A DNA stretch of 64,000 bases. It comes from an uncultured virus (IMG/VR IMGVR_UViG_3300025133_000083). Its lineage: Duplodnaviria > Heunggongvirae > Uroviricota > Caudoviricetes. The first letter of the stretch is position 1, and each line of letters starts with the position of its first letter. Of this stretch, positions 58,285 to 64,000 are shown piece by piece. The stretch lies in IMG/VR virus record IMGVR_UViG_3300025133_000083. One strand, written 5' to 3'. The position numbers and the translations under genes are program-made. Under the pieces are notes generated by a model. The model worked only from the letters and a program-made list of their open reading frames with translations, had not been told where the DNA came from and did no database searches.

Positions 58285-58478
58285 AATTTACAAGGATACA
58301 AGACCAACACACCCACGAAATAATTCAATACAGGGTAAACGACACAAGGACAACAAGAAGTGTTTACAATGAATATAAATGGAGATACGAGACACAAAAA
58401 AGGGGAGCTTATAATTGTTCACTTACAAGTAGGACGAAAACAGGCAACTTCAGGCACACACACTACATATCAATTTAA
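58281..58478 (+). CDS. Hypothetical protein
   Basis: ACAAGGAGCT-ATG leader, ATGA overlap. Confidence 0.6.
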   Translation: MKFTRIQDQHTHEIIQYRVNDTRTTRSVYNEYKWRYETQKRGAYNCSLTSRTKTGNFRHTHYISI

Positions 58479-58497
58479 CAGGATAAAACTAGAAAGC

Positions 58498-59100
58498 ATG
58501 AAAAAGGAATACGACATACTTACAACAGTAACAATGGATAGAGACAATTTTTTCGATTATATAACCGAAGGATTGATAGACCATCTACCTGCAAAGGTTC
58601 CACAAATAGAGAACAAGAGAGGTAAGAATAATTTCACGTATAACGGTAAGGACTATTTAATTGAAGCTTTCGACACGGAGATAGAATTAGTTAATAGCAT
58701 TGCACGTACATACAAGCAACCGACAAGAAACTACCGACTCAAATGTTTAAACGGGGAAAGTGAGATAGACGCCCTATCCTACGCAAGTACAAAAAGAGAC
58801 CTTGTTGATAGTATAAACTTCAACTTGAAAAGCCAATGGACTCTTCAGTATAAAAACGAAGCCCCTGAATTTTGGGAGCTTAAAACCCTGAAGGACTATT
58901 TAAAGAACACAACCGACAAGGAGAGAGCCGAAATATTTGAAACGGCATTGAATGAAATGGAATACGGACTCAAAAAATGGGATGCAATTATAAGAGCAAC
59001 AGGGTACTATTCAACACCTTCAGGTAAGCTAGTTAAAAACGACTACATACAAGAACACAAAAACAGGAGCCTAGAATACGCAATTAAGAACCTACTTTAA
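58498..59100 (+). CDS. Hypothetical protein
   Basis: Start reassigned to CTAGAAAGC-ATG. Confidence 0.65.
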   Translation: MKKEYDILTTVTMDRDNFFDYITEGLIDHLPAKVPQIENKRGKNNFTYNGKDYLIEAFDTEIELVNSIARTYKQPTRNYRLKCLNGESEIDALSYASTKRDLVDSINFNLKSQWTLQYKNEAPEFWELKTLKDYLKNTTDKERAEIFETALNEMEYGLKKWDAIIRATGYYSTPSGKLVKNDYIQEHKNRSLEYAIKNLL

Positions 59101-59111
59101 AACTAGAAAAC

Positions 59112-59504
59112 ATGATAACGAAAGAACACTACGATAAGAGCTATTTCTGTAAAGAATGGGCAGCAACCCCACAAATAGCAAAAGAGAAGCTTAGAGGCAT
59201 GTATGTACAAGCATGGAAGGAATATTTAGAAGGTAGCGAGAACGCCCAAATGGATATTGACGACCTGAAGGAGGACTACAAACTACTTCAGGTAGAAGCA
59301 CCCGAAGTTCTGTATCAACTAACAGATGAAGAAGCATGGAAACGGATATACGACAAGTTTGCTATTGACTTCTTGACCGCGCCAATAACATTCGACCAAT
59401 TCAGGGGAATGGTACAAGAGAAGTTTATCCTGAACGGAACCCAACAGTTAGAGCTTCAGGTTCAATGGGAAGATAAAGAGGAGATATTAACCGAAGAAAA
59501 CTAG
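59112..59504 (+). CDS. Hypothetical protein
   Basis: Exact motif leader. Confidence 0.65.
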   Translation: MITKEHYDKSYFCKEWAATPQIAKEKLRGMYVQAWKEYLEGSENAQMDIDDLKEDYKLLQVEAPEVLYQLTDEEAWKRIYDKFAIDFLTAPITFDQFRGMVQEKFILNGTQQLELQVQWEDKEEILTEEN

Positions 59505-59509
59505 AAAAC

Positions 59510-60361
59510 ATGATACCCTTAACATTCAACAACTTAGACAATTGGAGACACAACAGTCAGCTTTGGAATAAGTTTGACAACCTGAACCAAGAACAAGAAC
59601 ATAGACACGTACATTGGAACGAAAGCACCGATAGGTACAAGTACAATAGCAGCACAAGTTACAGGAACATTATGTTCAGTCACATAATGAAGGAGTACAG
59701 ATCCATGTTTGGGGTAGAGTACAACCAAGACGTAAAACACTATGGACACTACGACCTCTTCACACAAAAGAAGCTGAATGAAGAGGAGCGATTCCAACAA
59801 CGAGCGCAAGTATATATACACACTTCAATAAGTAGTATCCTAGATAATTGGAGTATTGAATTCACTGTAAAAGCTAACGGCTTTGAACAAGGCAGTAAAC
59901 GCTTCAACTTCACACCACGCAGCAATGCACCCCTAACAGAGGAGTACATAGTACAAGCAACCTTTGAATACATAAACAAGCACCTGATATTCCCTGAAGG
60001 ACTATTCAGGAACTTTCAAGAAGCTTTCAACGGCACAAAGGAATACGCCCTGAAGCAATACAGATTAGCGACAGAACAAAGAGCGCAGGATATAAAAAGA
60101 CAGGACAGGGAAGACAGGGTAAACGAATATATATTCAAACGCTTCAATATCGACATAGACTACGATCTGAATGCTACTGAAAAACAGATTATCGACAGGT
60201 GTAAAGAATTCACACGTATAAACGGTAAGCCTCAAGATACTTTGACACTTTGTCAATTCAGACCGCTATACATATTAGACGGCTTTGACGGGGATATTGA
60301 CGAAGTTGAAAGTCTACTAGACGAACATCTAACAGAAAACCCAACAGTTATTTACCTATAA
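59510..60361 (+). CDS. Hypothetical protein
   Basis: Exact motif leader; 283 aa. Confidence 0.7.
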   Translation: MIPLTFNNLDNWRHNSQLWNKFDNLNQEQEHRHVHWNESTDRYKYNSSTSYRNIMFSHIMKEYRSMFGVEYNQDVKHYGHYDLFTQKKLNEEERFQQRAQVYIHTSISSILDNWSIEFTVKANGFEQGSKRFNFTPRSNAPLTEEYIVQATFEYINKHLIFPEGLFRNFQEAFNGTKEYALKQYRLATEQRAQDIKRQDREDRVNEYIFKRFNIDIDYDLNATEKQIIDRCKEFTRINGKPQDTLTLCQFRPLYILDGFDGDIDEVESLLDEHLTENPTVIYL

Positions 60362-60373
60362 AAACTAGAAAAC

Positions 60374-60637
60374 ATGAAATTTGAAAGGAGCCTTAACGCA
60401 ATCGAAAAAGCATATTTGAAGCACGTAAATCTATGTAATAGCCTATTGAAAAGGATTGAACCGCACATTGAATACGACACAGAAGAGACGGAGTTCGGTA
60501 TTGGTTATCAAGAAAGTGATAGTTGCCACACGTTATATGATGACTATGGAAATGTCGCTCCCTTAGATTCGGTATTGCGAATAATTACCGACAACGGTAA
60601 AATAACATACAGCGAATTCCACGAACTATGTATTTAA
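60374..60637 (+). CDS. Hypothetical protein
   Basis: Exact motif leader. Confidence 0.65.
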   Translation: MKFERSLNAIEKAYLKHVNLCNSLLKRIEPHIEYDTEETEFGIGYQESDSCHTLYDDYGNVAPLDSVLRIITDNGKITYSEFHELCI

Positions 60638-60657
60638 ACACTGAAAAACTAGAAAAC

Positions 60658-60996
60658 ATGAAAGAGCAACTAACAGAACTACTCGAAATGCTGAAGACCG
60701 ACTCCAACTGCGATTGGTCGGTATGCAACCCGAATGATGAATTCAAAACCCTATCTGAAACAGTACGGGGAATGATAGACGGATACAACCCAAGAGAAGA
60801 GTACAAAAAAACAGGGTACTTTGGTCTACATTGGAGTACAGAAGACATAATAGGGAAAGCTAAAGAACATGGTCACACATGCACCGAAGAGCAAGCCCAA
60901 GAGATAGCTGAAGGACTAGAAAGCAAAGGAGATTGTAACTACGGGATAACTTGGGAACATATAGACATGGAAATTGCAGACTATTTTGGAAACTAA
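60658..60996 (+). CDS. Hypothetical phage protein
   Basis: Start at the motif ATG; WSTEDI...YGITW. Confidence 0.65.
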   Translation: MKEQLTELLEMLKTDSNCDWSVCNPNDEFKTLSETVRGMIDGYNPREEYKKTGYFGLHWSTEDIIGKAKEHGHTCTEEQAQEIAEGLESKGDCNYGITWEHIDMEIADYFGN

Positions 60997-61009
60997 AAAC
61001 CTAGAAAAC

Positions 61010-61291
61010 ATGAAACATACACAGGGAGAGTGGCAAGTAAAAGCAGACAATTCAGTAACGCCAAAAGATAATGTAGGCACTGTAATAGCTCAAATATGTA
61101 GCGCGAACAATAACGAAGAAGAAGCACAAGCAAACGCTGCATTGATAGCGGCTGCACCTGAACTATTGAAAGCATTGAACAGTCTTTTACATTGCCCCGA
61201 CTTAAATCTTTGTGAAATAGAAATCGAAACGAGAGAAGCAATAGACATAGCTGCAAATGCAGTCCACAAAGCAACAAACGTAAACGGATAG
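61010..61291 (+). CDS. Hypothetical phage protein (HTxGxW...ANAxLIAAAPELL type)
   Basis: Start at the motif ATG; motif recalled from many small phage proteins. Confidence 0.7.
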   Translation: MKHTQGEWQVKADNSVTPKDNVGTVIAQICSANNNEEEAQANAALIAAAPELLKALNSLLHCPDLNLCEIEIETREAIDIAANAVHKATNVNG

Positions 61292-61296
61292 AAACT

Positions 61297-61533
61297 ATGC
61301 AGGAAGACAACAGATATTGCAAAGGAGAGATACTACACACCCCGAAAGGAGAAAGTATCCCGAATACATTCAAATTCAGGTACGACCCCCACACCGACAC
61401 AATGCGAGTAACCGACATAAAAGGGGAGCTATTAATATTCACTAACCAAATGGAGCAAGTGAGTAAAGTGATAGACGACATGTACAACTTAGACGAAAGC
61501 AAACAACACCCGAAAGCATACATCTTAAACTAG
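61297..61533 (+). CDS. Hypothetical protein
   Basis: 78 aa. Confidence 0.6.
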   Translation: MQEDNRYCKGEILHTPKGESIPNTFKFRYDPHTDTMRVTDIKGELLIFTNQMEQVSKVIDDMYNLDESKQHPKAYILN

Positions 61534-61538
61534 AAAAC

Positions 61539-61718
61539 ATGGACTTATACACGCAACAACGAAACGCATCAAGAGAAGCAACTACTCTAACAAATGAAGG
61601 TAAAATACCATCATACGACCTACTGATGAAATGCAGTAAAGAACAGTTAAGTGAGAAGTTAATACACCACCTGAAGGTTATTGAAGCACTTAGAGAAATG
61701 ATAAAACGTAACGACTAG
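61539..61718 (+). CDS. Small protein (59 aa, not in ORF track)
   Basis: Exact motif leader; MDLYTQQRNASREA...; ends at the next motif's TAG. Confidence 0.65.
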   Translation: MDLYTQQRNASREATTLTNEGKIPSYDLLMKCSKEQLSEKLIHHLKVIEALREMIKRND

Positions 61719-61723
61719 AAAAC

Positions 61724-61984
61724 ATGAGCAAGCTAACAACAAGACAGCGAACAGGATCACTTTTGCAATACGCAAACTTCAAAGACGGTACTCGCATCAA
61801 CCTGATACGGATTGATAAACCATTGGAGGGATACAAAGCAAAGTTTTCAATTTTACAGAACCTCAACAACCCCTTTGCAAAAGATAAAACATTCAAAGGA
61901 ATCAATGAAGCTTCAAAATACTTTGAGCTTCTTACAGAATGTACCAAGTCTACACTTACCAATAGAGGAATAACAGCTAACTAA
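61724..61984 (+). CDS. Hypothetical protein
   Basis: Exact motif leader. Confidence 0.65.
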   Translation: MSKLTTRQRTGSLLQYANFKDGTRINLIRIDKPLEGYKAKFSILQNLNNPFAKDKTFKGINEASKYFELLTECTKSTLTNRGITAN

Positions 61985-61997
61985 AAAACTAGAAAAC

Positions 61998-62366
61998 ATG
62001 GAAAACACAGAAGAGAACAACGCATTGATAGCAGAATCTAGGGGATTCAAATTTGACCCACTCCGAGAGAAGTCTTGGGAAGACCGTATAGGTTGGAGGT
62101 ATGACGAATTAAAATTTCACACTTCTTGGGATTGGTTGATGCCCGTAGTTGAGGAATGTTTGGTAGGAGAAGCAGAACAAGGAGAACACGCAACTGGTCT
62201 TATAAAACAAATCTATGAAGGACTAAACAACATAGATATTAACGCCACGCATAGAGCAGTAGTAAAGTTCATCAAATGGGTAAACGACCAACTACCTAGA
62301 GAAGCCACAATAGTAATACATGACGGAATGATGTACAACCCTGAAAAACCTGAAGACGATGCCTAA
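61998..62366 (+). CDS. Hypothetical phage protein (FHTSWDWLMPVVE motif)
   Basis: Exact motif leader. Confidence 0.7.
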   Translation: MENTEENNALIAESRGFKFDPLREKSWEDRIGWRYDELKFHTSWDWLMPVVEECLVGEAEQGEHATGLIKQIYEGLNNIDINATHRAVVKFIKWVNDQLPREATIVIHDGMMYNPEKPEDDA

Positions 62367-62667
62367 ACCAAGCACCGAGAAAGCCAAAGTTCAATGGGTA
62401 TTGGAGAGATCCAAGAAGAGCAGGGATAACAACCTTGTTCTGTACAAGAACATCTTCAAACACTTCCTGAAGATAGACCTGAACAGTATTACAGGATACG
62501 ACCTACTGAAAGGTATAAAACATAAAAAGTATCCCAATTACGACAGCGTAACAAGAGCCTCAAGAAAGCTTCAGGAACTAAACCCCGAATTAAGAGGAGC
62601 CGAATGGGAAGCTAGACATGGGAAGCCCGTAGATGAAACAATTAAAGACCTGAAACAAAACTTTTAG
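62359..62667 (+). CDS. Hypothetical protein
   Basis: 102 aa; SVTRASRKLQELNPELRG. Confidence 0.65.
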   Translation: MPKPSTEKAKVQWVLERSKKSRDNNLVLYKNIFKHFLKIDLNSITGYDLLKGIKHKKYPNYDSVTRASRKLQELNPELRGAEWEARHGKPVDETIKDLKQNF

Positions 62668-62672
62668 AAAAC

Positions 62673-62891
62673 ATGGAAGCTAAGATTACAACAGTAGTAA
62701 CTAAAACAAAACGCTACGGGAGGACAACTCAACATACTCAATACCATATTTCAGGAGGTAGCCAAAACAACAAATATTTAACGTGTGGCAATAGATTCAA
62801 ATCTATTACAGGAGTTAAGAAGTGGCTATTGTCCATTGGGTATGATAAAGTGACCACAGGCAAGAAAGAAACAACAACATACAACAACTAA
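62673..62891 (+). CDS. Hypothetical protein
   Basis: TTAGAAAAC-ATG leader. Confidence 0.6.
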   Translation: MEAKITTVVTKTKRYGRTTQHTQYHISGGSQNNKYLTCGNRFKSITGVKKWLLSIGYDKVTTGKKETTTYNN

Positions 62892-62896
62892 AAAAC

Positions 62897-63142
62897 ATGG
62901 AGAGCAAAAAAACATACCACTACAAAGTAGCATTCCACAAATCATCAATACACAGAGTAGCATCTGTTGAAATAGACAACGGAGTAATAACCCTTAAATC
63001 TATCTTCTTAACAGATACCTATGCAACTGTAAAAGAAGCCTTAGACGAACTAAAAATAGACTTCAAATACATAGAGCATACCCACACAACCCGAACAACA
63101 ACAGAAAACGTAAACAACATAATCCAAGACAAGGAAGCATGA
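62897..63142 (+). CDS. Hypothetical protein
   Basis: CTAAAAAAC-ATG leader. Confidence 0.6.
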   Translation: MESKKTYHYKVAFHKSSIHRVASVEIDNGVITLKSIFLTDTYATVKEALDELKIDFKYIEHTHTTRTTTENVNNIIQDKEA

Positions 63143-63447
63143 AAATGAAAACGGCACATACAATAGAGGGAACCGAAATAGAATTGGATATTGCATTCGA
63201 CTACACCCCCGAAGAACCTGAAGTACGGTATTACAAAGACGGTTCAGGACAACCTGCAACTCCGCCCGACATCGAAATAACAGATGTTATATGGACAAGA
63301 GAAGACCTGAAGGTTGGAAGTGGATTGACATTCGAGAAGACTAAAACTCCCGTAGATGTATTCGAGCTAATGGACAAACTAGGACACATGGACGAGATTG
63401 AAAAAACCTGTTGGGGTATGATTGAGAACATAAACTTTGAAGATTAG
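63139..63447 (+). CDS. Hypothetical acidic protein
   Basis: ATGA overlap; RYYKDGSGQP. Confidence 0.65.
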   Translation: MKMKTAHTIEGTEIELDIAFDYTPEEPEVRYYKDGSGQPATPPDIEITDVIWTREDLKVGSGLTFEKTKTPVDVFELMDKLGHMDEIEKTCWGMIENINFED

Positions 63448-63452
63448 AAAAC

Positions 63453-63635
63453 ATGAAAAAAGAAAAGATCAAAAAACTTATCCTCGAAGAGGGACTTACA
63501 ATAACAGATGTAATTGATGTTGTTGTAGAAATGAACGGCTTTGTCGGAGTAGGACTCATCTCGCTTGGAGACGGTCTAAAGAAGTATGTTTACGACAAGA
63601 TAGAACAACACACACCTGATTATTGGAACACATAA
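63453..63635 (+). CDS. Hypothetical protein
   Basis: TTAGAAAAC-ATG leader. Confidence 0.55.
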   Translation: MKKEKIKKLILEEGLTITDVIDVVVEMNGFVGVGLISLGDGLKKYVYDKIEQHTPDYWNT

Positions 63636-63646
63636 AAACTACAAAA

Positions 63647-63997
63647 ATGGACAGAACAAGAATAACAGACACACTTGGAATAAGAGTTTCCAAATCAACA
63701 GCTAGAGGTTCAAATCTCGCATACTTTAGACCTGAACCTACACGGATCTTAAGAGGATACCCTAGAGAGGAAGCGGTATTCGAAATGATAGAAAATGATG
63801 ACGGAATATTAACAGCAGCAATAGGGGTTATACCTGAAACAAGCTCAAAAAATGGACTGAACTTCATCGAAAAACCGAATGGATGTATGACGGTGCAAGC
63901 CCCTAAAAAAATGATGTCGGTTGGAAGCTACATCATGCAATCTGAACCAATATTCGAAAAGGGGATTGATTGGTACTTACTTGAAAGAAAGCAATAA
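63647..63997 (+). CDS. Hypothetical protein
   Basis: Probable start MDRTR after AAAAACTACAAAA. Confidence 0.55.
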   Translation: MDRTRITDTLGIRVSKSTARGSNLAYFRPEPTRILRGYPREEAVFEMIENDDGILTAAIGVIPETSSKNGLNFIEKPNGCMTVQAPKKMMSVGSYIMQSEPIFEKGIDWYLLERKQ

Positions 63998-64000
63998 TGG

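Larger units (their letters stand above)
54691..63455 (+). repeat. Dispersed start-associated motif CTAGAAAAC-ATG
   Basis: 14 exact copies and about 7 near-copies, each ending at a start codon. Confidence 0.95.

Noticed and set aside
54691..63455. CRISPR array or integron attC array
   Set aside because: The repeats are only about 12 nt, non-palindromic beyond CTAG and separated by whole genes of variable length. No cas or integrase gene is present in the window.
1..64000. Stop-codon reassignment (TAG/TGA) as in some crAss-like phages
   Set aside because: Genes are long and intact in the standard code, and TAG and TGA terminate genes at tight junctions.
1..64000. Apparent enrichment of CCTGAAG/CTTCAGG as a Chi-like signal
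   Set aside because: Largely explainable as a by-product of avoiding CCAG/CTGG in Pro-Glu and Ser-Gly codon pairs. Not counted.

Overview
This window is a 64-kb segment of a lytic podovirus-like phage of Bacteroidota. The host is inferred from TAnnTTTG (-7) promoter elements and A-rich leaders without Shine-Dalgarno sites. The virion module has crAss-like gene order. From left to right: DnaB C-terminus, TerL, portal, scaffold, major and auxiliary capsid proteins, an inserted minus-strand DNA-metabolism block (helicase, RuvC-like, methyltransferase, HNH), ring/tail proteins, a muzzle-like protein, ejection proteins including a 4419-aa polyvalent protein, tail-fibre genes, a minus-strand membrane/lysis cluster containing a stand-alone PAS domain, an endolysin candidate, a repeat-rich non-coding junction (about 53.2-54.4 kb) and an array of about 29 small, probably early genes. 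Main unusual signals: (1) a start-associated motif CTAGAAAAC-ATG before most genes of the array; (2) two roughly 400-nt structured non-coding regions that share a sequence motif and sit behind promoter plus terminator/antiterminator leaders; (3) three genes flanked by duplications of the upstream gene's 3' end; (4) a CTACG-N7-CGTAG site family; (5) strong avoidance of CCAG/CTGG, CCGG and GGCC. All protein calls come from motifs and synteny read by eye, with no database searches.
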